From Candidatus Latescibacterota bacterium (GTDB lineage: Bacteria; Latescibacterota; CBDEFO01): DNA of 64,000 nucleotides. A program made the translations under genes and the position numbers. Position 1 is the first letter of the stretch. Every line of letters begins with the position of its first letter. The notes under the pieces are model-generated. The model was not told where the DNA came from. It was given only the letters and a program-made list of their open reading frames with translations, and made no database searches. The stretch is from contig CBDEFO010000003.1 in NCBI GenBank assembly GCA_965237525.1, positions 32,001-96,000 of the forward strand, given 5' to 3'. Positions 50,576 to 61,065 of the stretch are shown here, piece by piece.

Positions 50576-51175
50576 TTATCCCCCTTGAGACATTATCTTA
50601 TTCCACACCCTGGATACCTCTTTTCCCAAATCCTCCAAGGATCCATTGTTGTATATGACGCAGTCCGCCACTTGAAGTTTCTCTCTCAGGGGTAGCTGTG
50701 CCCTTAATCTTTCATCTACCTCCTCGGCAGATAACCTGGTATCTTCGAGGAATCGTTCTTTCACCTTATCCTCATCCGCCGCGACTACTACCAGAACATC
50801 GAACCTTTCCAACTCTCCCCATTCGACTATGAGCGCAGCATCTATAACCACAGGCCTGTGTGGGTTTTCGTCTAACGCCTTTTCGACCGTCTTCCATAAC
50901 CTGTTTACGAGCGGCGGATGGACTATCTCGTTGAGCTTCTGATGCCTCTTGGGGCTGGAAAAGGCCAGACGACCCAACTTTCTCCTAACAAGCTTTCCGT
51001 CTTGATCTAGGATGTCAGGGCCGAAGGCTTCGACAAGTTTCGACAGAACCTTTTGATCCTCGGCCACTTCCCTTCCGACTCGATCAGCGTCCACCGTAAA
51101 CGCAGACATCTTCTCAAAGAGGCCAGATACTGTCGTCTTCCCCGAACCTATCCCTCCCGTAACACCTATAATCAT
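50576..51175 (-). CDS. coaE: Dephospho-CoA kinase
   Basis: IGVTGGIGSGKTT, DAD, LNEIVHP, ADCVIYNNG. Confidence 0.95.
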   Translation of the reverse strand: MIIGVTGGIGSGKTTVSGLFEKMSAFTVDADRVGREVAEDQKVLSKLVEAFGPDILDQDGKLVRRKLGRLAFSSPKRHQKLNEIVHPPLVNRLWKTVEKALDENPHRPVVIDAALIVEWGELERFDVLVVVAADEDKVKERFLEDTRLSAEEVDERLRAQLPLREKLQVADCVIYNNGSLEDLGKEVSRVWNKIMSQGG

Positions 51176-51204
51176 CCTTCCTCCTGATAGACAGTAGACA
51201 GTAG

Positions 51205-52131
51205 TCAGGAGGGAGGGGAGGTGCCCTGTCTACTGTCTACTGTTTGCTGTCCACTGCTCTTCCACCTTCTGTGCATCCACAGCCAGTGATCTGGATATTT
51301 CCTTATGTACTCCTCCAGAACAGATGTATATTTCTGCGTTAGTTCCCTTATGCCGTGCTTTGACCCTGCGAACTCAGACGGATATATCGGGCCTTCGACT
51401 ATTACCCTGTGTCTCCCCCCTTTCTGTCTTATCGGAAAACAGAGCACAAGAGGGATATTTCTCTTCAGAGCTATTGCCGCCGGTCCGGGAGGGGCCGATG
51501 CGCACTTATCAAAAAAGTTCACGAACACACCATCGGGACCGGCGTCCTGATCGGACAGAAAGCCCACGAACTCTCCACGCCTTAAGGCCTTAAAGACCTC
51601 CTTGACCGAACTACTCCCCCTCGGAATCACCTTTAACCCGACCGCCTCTCTATGGTGTACAACGATACGCTCAACCAATTCGTTCTTCATGGGAGCTGTC
51701 AGTGCAGAAAGGCGATAACCTAAATTACAGATCGCCGCTCCCGTCATCTCCCAATTCCCGAAGTGCCCTAGCACTAAGATGACCCCTCTTTTTAAGCTGG
51801 CAGCTTCCTTTGCTTTTTCAAAATTGATGAACCTGACAGACCTATTGATCTCATCCTTACCCATATACGGGAGCCTCAGGAATTCGATCAGAGTCCGGCC
51901 GAAGTTCCTGTACGTGCCCCTTGCTATATCTTTCAGTTCCCTGTCGCTCTTCTCAGTTTCGAACGCCCTTTTTAGGTTCTGAAATACGATCTTCTTTCTG
52001 ATTCCTATCACATAGAACGAGAGGTCTCCCAAGATCGCTCCGAAGAACAGGGCCGCTTTGAGTGGGAGGACATTCGCCAAGACTTTTAGAACTTCGACAC
52101 CTGTATATTCGGCCAAATATTTTACAGACAT
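51205..52131 (-). CDS. Lipid A biosynthesis lauroyl/lysophospholipid acyltransferase (LpxL/HtrB family)
   Basis: HFGNWE, LSDQD, PDHWLWMHRRWK. Confidence 0.92.
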   Translation of the reverse strand: MSVKYLAEYTGVEVLKVLANVLPLKAALFFGAILGDLSFYVIGIRKKIVFQNLKRAFETEKSDRELKDIARGTYRNFGRTLIEFLRLPYMGKDEINRSVRFINFEKAKEAASLKRGVILVLGHFGNWEMTGAAICNLGYRLSALTAPMKNELVERIVVHHREAVGLKVIPRGSSSVKEVFKALRRGEFVGFLSDQDAGPDGVFVNFFDKCASAPPGPAAIALKRNIPLVLCFPIRQKGGRHRVIVEGPIYPSEFAGSKHGIRELTQKYTSVLEEYIRKYPDHWLWMHRRWKSSGQQTVDSRQGTSPPS

Positions 52132-52180
52132 GGTTGAACGGCGGTCTGCAGAGACCCGATCTCGTCTTTCGTCTTAATCT

Positions 52181-53149
52181 TTAGTATCCCGCTTCTCTAT
52201 TATCCTCGATCTCCCACCCTTTCATAATCCTTTTTGCTCTCATTTTTTTCAGCGCATATACCAGTATAAAGAGCAGACTTATGCCTACCCACAGCGTGAA
52301 CGAATCTGTAGCCAAGGACACGAAGCCGAATCTGTCTTCCACATATCTTCTCCATCCTCGTTCAAACTCATCGAGCGATATGCGTAACACACTTACTATC
52401 GCGAGCTCGAACGTAGCTCCAGCGGTCATCTCTGCCACAAGTCGCCTGAAGACATCTTCATCTGAAAGCTTTACAAGATATAAGGCGGCAAGGAAGCTTT
52501 GCATATAAGCCTGTTGTGCTTTGGAGGATGAAAATGTCAGAACCGAATCTATCTTGTCCAGTGGAATAATGCCCCCGGTCAGGGCAGCGAAAGCCATACT
52601 AACACTCTGACCTAACCTCCATTCCCCTGAAAGGTACATAGCCAGGCCCTCGTTGAACCAACGTGGGACTCTCACCGAGTGGTCGGACCATTTTTCTTTG
52701 AGGGTCCGTTCCAGCACTACGTGCGTTAGCTCGTGAGTCAAAATTTCTCTCATATTTCCTGCACCTATAGCCTTGGGCTTTAAGATGATAAGGCTATCTT
52801 GGGGGAATGCGCAACCTGCTCCCCACTCGGGTATGGCTCCGCCTGTTACCTTCTCGAATTCCTCGTCGGACGAGGGGAGATATATCTTAGTATATCCGTA
52901 TGAGTCTGTCCCTATCCTTTCAGATACGTCTATCAGACTCAACTTTGCTTCATCGAGCACCCTTTTTGCAAGAGTAGGGTCCGCTCCGTGGTAGAATACA
53001 CCTATCAGTTCGGACTCCTCCCCTTTCCACACGGAATCGCCCCCGATTAAATCGGGGATCGACTTTGAAGATTGGTCGGTCACCGACTCCGTGGAGGAGC
53101 CCGGGACAGTAAGGAGAAGTGTCGCTAAAAGTGCCTTTGCGATCCTCAA
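52181..53149 (-). CDS. Peptidase MA-family zinc metallohydrolase, membrane anchored
   Basis: HELTH + PRWFNEGLA; signal peptide and C-terminal TM. Confidence 0.85.
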   Translation of the reverse strand: MRIAKALLATLLLTVPGSSTESVTDQSSKSIPDLIGGDSVWKGEESELIGVFYHGADPTLAKRVLDEAKLSLIDVSERIGTDSYGYTKIYLPSSDEEFEKVTGGAIPEWGAGCAFPQDSLIILKPKAIGAGNMREILTHELTHVVLERTLKEKWSDHSVRVPRWFNEGLAMYLSGEWRLGQSVSMAFAALTGGIIPLDKIDSVLTFSSSKAQQAYMQSFLAALYLVKLSDEDVFRRLVAEMTAGATFELAIVSVLRISLDEFERGWRRYVEDRFGFVSLATDSFTLWVGISLLFILVYALKKMRAKRIMKGWEIEDNREAGY

Positions 53150-53151
53150 GC

Positions 53152-54018
53152 CTACCTCGGGCTTATACCGTCTGCCAAGTACCGGAAGAAATCGGATTCG
53201 GGCGGAAGCACAAGTACAGTGTTGGCGTCTATCGACACTTCGTACGCCTCGAGAGTCCTTACAAACTCGTAGAAAGCAGGGTCCCGTTGATACGCCTGGG
53301 CGTATATCTTGAGCGCCTCAGCGTCTCCCTGTCCCTTCATCTCCTGAGCCTTTTTGTATGCCTCCGCGCTGATCGTCGCCGCGTCCAGATCTGTCTGGGC
53401 ACGTATCTTGAGAGCCTCTTCTTCACCTTCGGATCTGTACTGCTTGGCCTGACGGCTCCTCTCCGCCTTCATCCTGTCGAAGACCGACCTTTCGTTCTCC
53501 GGCGGAAGGTCCGCTCTCTTTATTCTCACATCTATCACCTCTATCCCGTAGTCCTGGGCATTCTTTCTAGATAGAGTCGTTACAGTCTCCATGATGTTCT
53601 TACGCTCTTCGGAGATCACTTCTATCAACGTGTGCTTTCCCAATTCCTCCCTTAAAGCTGCATAGACTATATCGTCCAATCTGGGCTGGGCGGATCTTTC
53701 GGTCCTTATCTTCTCTAGGAACGTCTTGGGATCTGCGATCCTCCAACGCGCATAATTATCTACTATCAGGTTCTTCTTATCCTTCGTGTAGATAACCTTA
53801 GGATCGGCATCGTACTCTAAGATCCGCTTGTCGAACAGGTTCACCTTCTGCATCGGGAACGGGAGCTTAAAATAGAGTCCGGGCTCTTTGACCACCCTTA
53901 CAACCTCTCCGACCTGAGTTATGACGACCTGCTCCTTCTCATCCACAGTGTAGATGACGAAGCTTGAGGCTATGATCAATACGATCAATATCACCAGTGT
54001 AACTACAGCGCCTTTCAT
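53152..54018 (-). CDS. hflC: FtsH protease modulator HflC
   Basis: SPFH domain; PGLYFKLP, DVRIKRADLP, RMKAER. Confidence 0.95.
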   Translation of the reverse strand: MKGAVVTLVILIVLIIASSFVIYTVDEKEQVVITQVGEVVRVVKEPGLYFKLPFPMQKVNLFDKRILEYDADPKVIYTKDKKNLIVDNYARWRIADPKTFLEKIRTERSAQPRLDDIVYAALREELGKHTLIEVISEERKNIMETVTTLSRKNAQDYGIEVIDVRIKRADLPPENERSVFDRMKAERSRQAKQYRSEGEEEALKIRAQTDLDAATISAEAYKKAQEMKGQGDAEALKIYAQAYQRDPAFYEFVRTLEAYEVSIDANTVLVLPPESDFFRYLADGISPR

Positions 54019-54995
54019 CTTCCTCCTCCTTCTCCTATTGCTCTTTCCAGCGGCAGAACGTTCAAAATTCCGCTATTTCCCTCCGCCTTAATCACGTACT
54101 TCTGGAGGCCGGGGAGCACCTTCTCCATCGTCTCTAAATACAATCTGGTCTTTGTGACCTTTTTGGCCTTCTTGTACTCTGCCAGAACTTGGAGGAATCT
54201 GTGGGCGTCGCCCTGGGCTCTGTTTACCCTCTCCACTTTGTAGGCTTCGGACCCCTTGATCAGCTTTTCTGCATTTCCTCTCGCTTTAGGGATGACATCG
54301 TTCTGGTAGCCCTCGGCTTCTCTTTTTAGCCGCTCCCTGTCCTCCCTTGCCGAAGCAACATCTTTAAAGGCCTGATCTACCTCTTTGGGGACGAACACCT
54401 CCTGCAACTTCACGGTTACTACCGCTATGCCTGACTCGTATATGTCCAGGATCCTCTGGAGCTCCTGCTCGGTCTCCGTCTGAATCAGGGCTTTCCCCTC
54501 TGTGAGCGCCTCGTCAATTTTGTGATTCCCTACCACCTGCCTCAGCGCCGCCTCAGCTGCGACCTTTATCGTAATCTCAGGATTTTTGATCTTGAACAGA
54601 TAGTTCGCTGCGTCCTTTATCCTGTACTGAACTGCGATCCAAATACCTACGATATTCTCGTCGCCTGTCAGCATCTCCGCCTCACTTGGAACATTACGGT
54701 ACCGAGCAGGTGGCCCTTGGGATATTGTCCTGAAGCCTACCTCGATCCTCCTGATGCGGTCCACAGTCGGCGTATCCACTGTCTCTATCGGGGACGGAAA
54801 GTGCCAGTGCAGTCCCGCATCCACGGGTACACCTACCATCTTCCCGTACCTCCTTACGACCCCCTGCTCACCAGGGTCGACTATATATATCCCGCTGGCC
54901 AACCAGATAAACACCAATATTCCCAATCCGATGTAGATCTTACTGGCTGTCAGCTCGAAGTTGAACGGATTCCTTGGAAAATCGTACTGCTGCAT
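54015..54995 (-). CDS. hflK: FtsH protease modulator HflK
   Basis: MLTGDENIV, AFKDVASARED, IPKARG, RLYLETME. Confidence 0.95.
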   Translation of the reverse strand: MQQYDFPRNPFNFELTASKIYIGLGILVFIWLASGIYIVDPGEQGVVRRYGKMVGVPVDAGLHWHFPSPIETVDTPTVDRIRRIEVGFRTISQGPPARYRNVPSEAEMLTGDENIVGIWIAVQYRIKDAANYLFKIKNPEITIKVAAEAALRQVVGNHKIDEALTEGKALIQTETEQELQRILDIYESGIAVVTVKLQEVFVPKEVDQAFKDVASAREDRERLKREAEGYQNDVIPKARGNAEKLIKGSEAYKVERVNRAQGDAHRFLQVLAEYKKAKKVTKTRLYLETMEKVLPGLQKYVIKAEGNSGILNVLPLERAIGEGGGR

Positions 54996-55038
54996 AGTTT
55001 AAAACACTCCCTTCTGTGCTGGAGAGCTCTACGTTTTC

Positions 55039-56028
55039 TTACTCTCCTGCGTTTGTTGTTAAAGTCAGATAATCTCTGATCTTGTATGTCTCCTCGATGC
55101 CTCTCAGACAGCAGTTGGATCCTGCTGCCTTGTTTGCAAAGACCGATGCAGACGGGAAATCCCCGGTCTTGAGATACTCCCAGGCAAAGGCTGCAAAAAA
55201 CACATCTCCACAACCTGTCTGGTCAAGAAGTGGTGCGACCACTCCGTCCTGCTCAAATTTGAACGCATCGGTCTTTTCTAACTCCATCTTGCCCCCCACA
55301 CCCCTATACATACATATTGAGCCATCACCTCCATGCGTAATTATGACTCCATCAGAGCCAAGATTTAATAGTTTCCGACCGAACTTTACAAAGTCCTCTT
55401 TTGTCTCTATCTTTGACCCATATAGGAGCTCCGCTTCGGTCTCGTTCATCTGAACAACATCTGTCTTTGAAAGCCACTCTTCCCACAAATCGGGCTTTCT
55501 TTGAAATCTCTTGCGATTGCTGTCTATCCCCAGGGTAAGACTGTGAACATCCATAAAGATGAGTGCATCAGTAAATCTCTTTACTTTCTTTAAATCATCA
55601 ATGCTGATCTCAAATCCCGATATAAAGTTAAAGCAGAGGGCGTCGCAGTCCAAAAATGGCTCCAATCGTTCGAACGTAAGGGCAGGCACACCTCCCAACA
55701 GCGTTTCGTCCTTATGCCCATCCTGGTAGTACTGTATGATACAGTGGTTGTTCTTTTCTGCCACCACTTCAACGCCGCTTATATCAATAGAGTCGTACCT
55801 TTTTAGGAAGCCTAATACCTTTTCGGAGACATCCTCTCCCAGGTTGCACAGGGGAAATATGACGGCATCGGACTCAGATATGGTAGCCAAAGGCAGGACA
55901 CTGTACAATAGACCTCCATAGCTTTCAGTTACAACTCCGTCTGCCGCCCGTATCGTATCCCTGTTGACCGTGCCGACGACTGCAATTTTCTTAGACATAA
56001 ACTTTTTAGGCATAAGCTTTTCAGACAT
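55039..56028 (-). CDS. PfkB/ribokinase-family carbohydrate kinase
   Basis: NETEA, IITHGGDG, DQTGCGDVF. Confidence 0.88.
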   Translation of the reverse strand: MSEKLMPKKFMSKKIAVVGTVNRDTIRAADGVVTESYGGLLYSVLPLATISESDAVIFPLCNLGEDVSEKVLGFLKRYDSIDISGVEVVAEKNNHCIIQYYQDGHKDETLLGGVPALTFERLEPFLDCDALCFNFISGFEISIDDLKKVKRFTDALIFMDVHSLTLGIDSNRKRFQRKPDLWEEWLSKTDVVQMNETEAELLYGSKIETKEDFVKFGRKLLNLGSDGVIITHGGDGSICMYRGVGGKMELEKTDAFKFEQDGVVAPLLDQTGCGDVFFAAFAWEYLKTGDFPSASVFANKAAGSNCCLRGIEETYKIRDYLTLTTNAGE

Positions 56029-56118
56029 AAGCTTTAAAGCCGCACCTTGTGAATATGCCGATTAAGTCTGATCCACCCACTTCAGCTAGCCCAATTTTCC
56101 CTATATACCTTTCTTTAA

Positions 56119-57637
56119 AAGCCTTGTGAAAAACCCTTAGATTCAGAAAATAGTATAAAACAAGCATTGATAAAGCAGCTCCGATGTATTATATTATGTT
56201 ATTGATAATATTATACATGGAGGAAACAATGACCCCACAAAAGCAGGAACAGACAAATCCGATGTTTCACTATTTTCAGATGGAGGATTTAGTTCCCGAG
56301 GATCATATCCTTCGTCAGATTGATGAGGCAGTTGATTTTTCATTTATACGAGACGTTGTATCAGATTGTTATTGCCCTGACAATGGCAGACCCGGTATTG
56401 ATCCTGAATTAGTTGTTCGAATGATCCTTATTGGCTATCTGTATAATTTGAGTGAGAATCGGCTCTGTCAGGAAGTGGGGATGCATGCGGCATATCGGTT
56501 GTTTTGTCATCAGACATTTGATGATGCGGTTCCGGATAGGAGCACGATCAACAAGCTTCGCAATCACAAGTGGGCATCCAGTGGGTTGTTTGAACGGATA
56601 ATGCGTCAGGTAGTCCAGTGTTGCATAGATGTCGGTCTTGTGAGCGGTAAACACCTTAGTGTCGACGGCACTCAGATACAAGCTGATGCTTCAGTGAAAA
56701 GTATTGAGCCGATAGAACCCCCTGTTTCTCTTGATGATTATCTCAAGGGAATCGGTTTTGAAGGTGATAAGACAAAGGGTAGGTCCGGGCATCCTCAGGA
56801 TAAAGACTTTCATGGTGAAAAGTGGACGAACCAAACACACCGTTCGACTACAGACCCCGACGCGCGCTTATACAGCAAATCGAAGGGCAAAGGGGCTTTT
56901 CTCTCGTTTATGGGCCATGATCTGATCGACACAAAAAGCAGAGTAATCCTTGAGACTCAGGGCACGCAGGCGACAGGGACAGCAGAGCCCGAAAGTGCCC
57001 TTAAGATGGTAGATGACCTTGAAACATACACCATGCCCAAAGACATTCAGACACTTAGTGCCGATACCGGTTACGGTTCTGGTAATTTTATCGCTGATGT
57101 ACTTGACCGGGGAATCATACCCCATATTCCTCTGCGAGCCGATGAGAAGATTGAACCGATTCCTACATGGAAAAACAAGACAAATTCAGCACATATTCAG
57201 GCCGAACGGGATAGAAAAGTGCGAGAGGCGAAAGCCAGAAATCATGCACGGTCTATCTCATTAACAGCTGACTACAAACTCTCCCGGAGACTCCGTAAAC
57301 GCAGTGAACATATCTTTGCTGAAGCCAGGCAACAACACGGTATGGGACGAGCCCGTTACAGAGGACCAGCCTCACTGAATGAACAGTTGAATCTTGTTGC
57401 AACAGTACAGAATCTCAAGAGGCTTGTATCTTTCATAAGAAGGGGGAAAGCGTCTATGTGTGCCCTGTCTGTCAAAGACAGTGCATCCTGTTCTTCAAAC
57501 AGCTCCTGTTCCTTGCTGACCAGAACTCTGATAAGACTATTTTGCTTATTCCACAGCAAAACGATACGATATGCTACTCTTTGACCCATAATCGGCGCTT
57601 CAGACGCTGCCTGGGACATAACTATTTCACAAGGCTT
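56119..57637 (+). mobile_element. IS1182-like insertion sequence, copy C (1519 bp)
   Basis: Same TIRs; TTAA on both flanks. Confidence 0.95.
56229..57584 (+). CDS. IS1182-family DDE transposase
   Basis: Near-identical to copy B; intact ORF. Confidence 0.9.
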   Translation: MTPQKQEQTNPMFHYFQMEDLVPEDHILRQIDEAVDFSFIRDVVSDCYCPDNGRPGIDPELVVRMILIGYLYNLSENRLCQEVGMHAAYRLFCHQTFDDAVPDRSTINKLRNHKWASSGLFERIMRQVVQCCIDVGLVSGKHLSVDGTQIQADASVKSIEPIEPPVSLDDYLKGIGFEGDKTKGRSGHPQDKDFHGEKWTNQTHRSTTDPDARLYSKSKGKGAFLSFMGHDLIDTKSRVILETQGTQATGTAEPESALKMVDDLETYTMPKDIQTLSADTGYGSGNFIADVLDRGIIPHIPLRADEKIEPIPTWKNKTNSAHIQAERDRKVREAKARNHARSISLTADYKLSRRLRKRSEHIFAEARQQHGMGRARYRGPASLNEQLNLVATVQNLKRLVSFIRRGKASMCALSVKDSASCSSNSSCSLLTRTLIRLFCLFHSKTIRYATL

Positions 57638-58149
57638 TTAAGGATCTCTTTTAAATGCCGGTTTTCGGAGTTCTCCAACCTGGGTTCACTTTCTATCAGA
57701 TCAAACGCCTCTTTACTGGCTCTAAAACGCCCGTTTTACGTAGTCGATGCCCCCAAACGACACACAGCTTAAATAGGCCATTCCGTCCCCTGAGGTCATG
57801 ACGAATTGCCTTCCATTACCGCCGAAATCTGTTGCTTTTCCACCTGTCTTATTCCTGTGACCTGCTTGTGGAAGGGCAGATCGGATATTGATATGATCAA
57901 ACTCCTGTCTATATACCTTCTGGGGATGTAATAGAGAAGATCTTCGACGGTCTCGACGCCGAGCGAGCCTAAGGCCTTCGCGCGCGTAATGCCTATTCCG
58001 TTTTGAAATCAGCGGTGTCGAGTGTCCATCTATTCCCTGATCAACCGACAGTTTCTATCCTTCCTTAAGATCAAAATCAGTGAGGTCTCCAATATAAATA
58101 TAAGCGAAGTTATATAAAAAAACCAAAGCTTTTTCTATTGTATATCTTA

Positions 58150-60558
58150 TCAGCCGGGTTCTGCTCCTTTTGGCTGGAGACTTATCTCTATGTGTCTTTG
58201 CTCTCCCCTCTCCACATTTACTTCTACCTGAGCACCTTTATATCCTCCTCTGCTTGCTCTGATCTTATGGCTTGCACCCTCAATATAACCGAATGAAAAC
58301 GCCCCGTCCTTTTCTGTTTGAAGCGGAAGATAATCGTCTAAAACTACTAAGGCGTCCCCTAACGGCCTGGATAGATTGTCTAATACCTTACCTGAGATAG
58401 TAGAAGAATCGGGTGTATCGTAGTGCCGTAGTACTCCTTTATAGATAGCGTACGCCGTCTTTTTAAGCCGGGAGGGCTCCATGAGGATATACTCTTCCTG
58501 TGGGTCGGAAAAGAAAGATGGAGTGATCAACACCGCCGGGCAAGATGTCTGCTGAACCACGTAGCTTGCGTCCTGATATGTCCCACCGTCCTGAGTTTTT
58601 AGGGCCGATACTACCTCCTCTTGAATAGCCTCTGCCAGGCTTTTACCCTCCGTACTTTGGGGATAGTGTCCTGTCCGGGTGGTTCGACTACTCCGGGCTG
58701 GATTTTCCTTTCCATAAGCTTCGTATGAGATTGAGATAAAAAGGTCAGCAGATGCACGCGAGGCGACCTGAACTCTCTGAAGAGGTGTCGCGCTTTTGTC
58801 GCCATCCCTCGTCAGATGATCTATCGCGCCTGCCTTTCTAAGATATTCCGCTACGAACCGCGCTACGCCTAAATTTATGTCCGAAGCCCGCGTCCCCCAA
58901 AAACCCGTCGGACCTGTCTCTTCGCCTCCGAAAGCGGGGTCTATCACTATCTTTCGACCCAAAAGGACTCCGCCTGATACCGGAGAAAGTTCAACTTTCA
59001 AAAAAGACGATTTGCCGTCGTCTATATTTATATTCAGACTCTGAGGTACGTATCCATCTTTTTCCACGAAGACCCGATGCATCCCCGACTCAAAATCCTC
59101 TATGATCAGATAGCCCTCTGCATTTGAGAAGGTGGGTCGCTCACTCCTTGAAGGCATGTCGGAGTCTACAGTTATCCTTGCTCCCTTTAACGGGCGATTA
59201 TCTAAGTCGTCTTTGACCCTTATGGCCAGAAGTTCCCCGATCGAGTCGAAACTCGCAATAATGTGATTTTCTATATTCCCATAGGAAGCAGTTATCTGCA
59301 CATCGCCCGGCCGGTACGAAAAGAGATACGCCCTGGCAATTCCGTTCTCCGTCGTGAGCGTATCCAATTCAAATCTCCCCAACGTTGAAGCAAAAACAAC
59401 CTCGGTGCCATCCACGACAGGTATCCTGTCTTTATCGGTTACAAAAGCCCGTATCATAAGGGGGATTCCACTCTCAGGAGGAGCCATCTCCGGTCGGACA
59501 GAAAGGTCGATCCGGGCGGGAGGAAGAGATACGTAGAAGCTGGCACTGGCAAGATTTGAAGAATTTCCACGCAGATTCCTTGCAGACAAAGATATTGTAT
59601 GAAGAGAATTGGAGAGTCTATCAGGATGCCTGTAGCTGACTGTCCCTCTTTGAGGATCGAAGATGTGTGCGATCCTTTCCCCGTCCAGCGTCATAACTAT
59701 TGTCTGAGGGTCAATCCCCGCTCCTCCTTCTCCGTCTGTGACAAATCCTTCTATTGTGGGTCTTACATCCGAAATGGTGGTATCCCGGGGAGAGAGGTTA
59801 AGGACCCGAGGAACTTGCCGCGCAAAATAGTCCAAGATCCCCAGAAAATAGCTCTGCGCCTCAAGCAACTGTGCATCCTGTGTTTTCAGCTTCTTTTCAA
59901 TCTTGGGGTTGGATATATATGAAGATTCCCCCAAAATAGCCGGGGCCTTGTTGTTTCTGAGAACAAAGTAATTTCCCGGGAGGACCTTGTTGTCCGGGCT
60001 TGTGATCCTTAAGTTCTGCACCAAATGACGGTGTATGTCCCTGCCCGCGTCTAAAGATGGCCCTTCGTCCGACATCTTGTAAAAGACCTTTGTATTGTTG
60101 ACGTCCCTGTTCGTCTTTGCATCGGCGTTATGGTGTATGGAGATGAAAAGATCGGGCTCTATATTGTTGGAAATATCCACCCGCACCTGAAGGTCTTCCT
60201 TCAAAACGGGGGTATCCACATCTTTTCCTCCAAGCGGCAAGAGATCTCCTTTGCTGTACCTCGTCAGAACAACGTAAGTCCCGCCTTCCAAGAGGAGGCG
60301 AGCTAACTTCAAAGCCACCCCTAAATTTACGTCCGCCTCCTTCAGGTCCTTCTTGCCCACAGCGCCTGAGAACCTGCCTCCGTGTCCGGGGTCTATGACT
60401 ATGATCTTCCCCTTAAGCGCGGACACATCCAGATCATCCAGAGATTCTGCAAGAAGACTGTAGGCGTCGTCCCGCCGGGACAAGAAGGGCACGATAGAGC
60501 ACCCTGAGATCAGAACCGTCAACAGAAAGAGAGGGATTATGAGATTTGACTTTGGCAC
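58150..60558 (-). CDS. Lipoprotein N-acetylmuramoyl-L-alanine amidase with two Amidase_3 domains and Ig/carboxypeptidase-like domains
   Basis: Lipobox LISGC; domain 1 IDPGHGG/EADVNL/SIHHNA/GE; domain 2 IDPAFGG (degenerate). Confidence 0.88.
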   Translation of the reverse strand: MPKSNLIIPLFLLTVLISGCSIVPFLSRRDDAYSLLAESLDDLDVSALKGKIIVIDPGHGGRFSGAVGKKDLKEADVNLGVALKLARLLLEGGTYVVLTRYSKGDLLPLGGKDVDTPVLKEDLQVRVDISNNIEPDLFISIHHNADAKTNRDVNNTKVFYKMSDEGPSLDAGRDIHRHLVQNLRITSPDNKVLPGNYFVLRNNKAPAILGESSYISNPKIEKKLKTQDAQLLEAQSYFLGILDYFARQVPRVLNLSPRDTTISDVRPTIEGFVTDGEGGAGIDPQTIVMTLDGERIAHIFDPQRGTVSYRHPDRLSNSLHTISLSARNLRGNSSNLASASFYVSLPPARIDLSVRPEMAPPESGIPLMIRAFVTDKDRIPVVDGTEVVFASTLGRFELDTLTTENGIARAYLFSYRPGDVQITASYGNIENHIIASFDSIGELLAIRVKDDLDNRPLKGARITVDSDMPSRSERPTFSNAEGYLIIEDFESGMHRVFVEKDGYVPQSLNINIDDGKSSFLKVELSPVSGGVLLGRKIVIDPAFGGEETGPTGFWGTRASDINLGVARFVAEYLRKAGAIDHLTRDGDKSATPLQRVQVASRASADLFISISYEAYGKENPARSSRTTRTGHYPQSTEGKSLAEAIQEEVVSALKTQDGGTYQDASYVVQQTSCPAVLITPSFFSDPQEEYILMEPSRLKKTAYAIYKGVLRHYDTPDSSTISGKVLDNLSRPLGDALVVLDDYLPLQTEKDGAFSFGYIEGASHKIRASRGGYKGAQVEVNVERGEQRHIEISLQPKGAEPG

Positions 60559-60703
60559 CGTTTTTCTTTATATTGCAGCTAGCAGATCAGGGCAACCTTG
60601 CTCCCTATCGGGCGTTACACTAATAAATAGACATATTTCTCGCTATACAATATTACCAATCGCAACCTGAAGGTGCAAGCAATTTTTACCAGGACGCTTG
60701 AAT

Positions 60704-61065
60704 ATGTCCCGCAAGAGTCATAAGAACCTTGTATTATCGCTTACTGCCTCTGTGATCTTACACTCCATAGTGTTTTTTCTCGCCTATATATTGAGAGGTG
60801 AAAGGGAGGATCAGGTATATAAGGTGCAGTTCAGACCTTATGGGCCTGCTCCTGCAAAGCCTCTATATCCTGCGGAAAAACCTTCAATCCCCAAAGTGGC
60901 TGTTGAGATGCTCCCTAAAAAGGGAAAACCCGAACTGCCCCCGGAGGGATTTGCGGCTATTGATGATACTAGCAGATGGAAGGATGAACTCCGAGAAAGC
61001 GCCTTGAGTGCCGTCGAGGCTGAGGGACTTGTGGAGACCGCAGGCTCAAAAAGAGGGATCATTAA
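60704..61065 (+). pseudogene. TonB-like protein N-terminus truncated by IS copy D
   Basis: N-terminal TM with SxxxH (SVILH), Pro/Lys-rich linker; the frame runs into the IS end. Confidence 0.5.

Larger units (their letters stand above)
56021..58029 (-). pseudogene. recG: RecG helicase remnant (N- and C-termini only; IS inserted)
   Basis: GIGITRAKALGSLGVETVEDLLYYIPRRYIDRS at 57900-58000; the C-terminal-like EAFDLIESEPRLENSENRHLKEIL|KERYIGKIGLAEVG reads in frame across the IS site; helicase core missing. Confidence 0.7.

Noticed and set aside
51188..51243. Heptamer inverted repeats (AGACAGT)n/(ACTGTCT)n as a distinct element
   Set aside because: Only 2-3 units; most simply a small intergenic hairpin.
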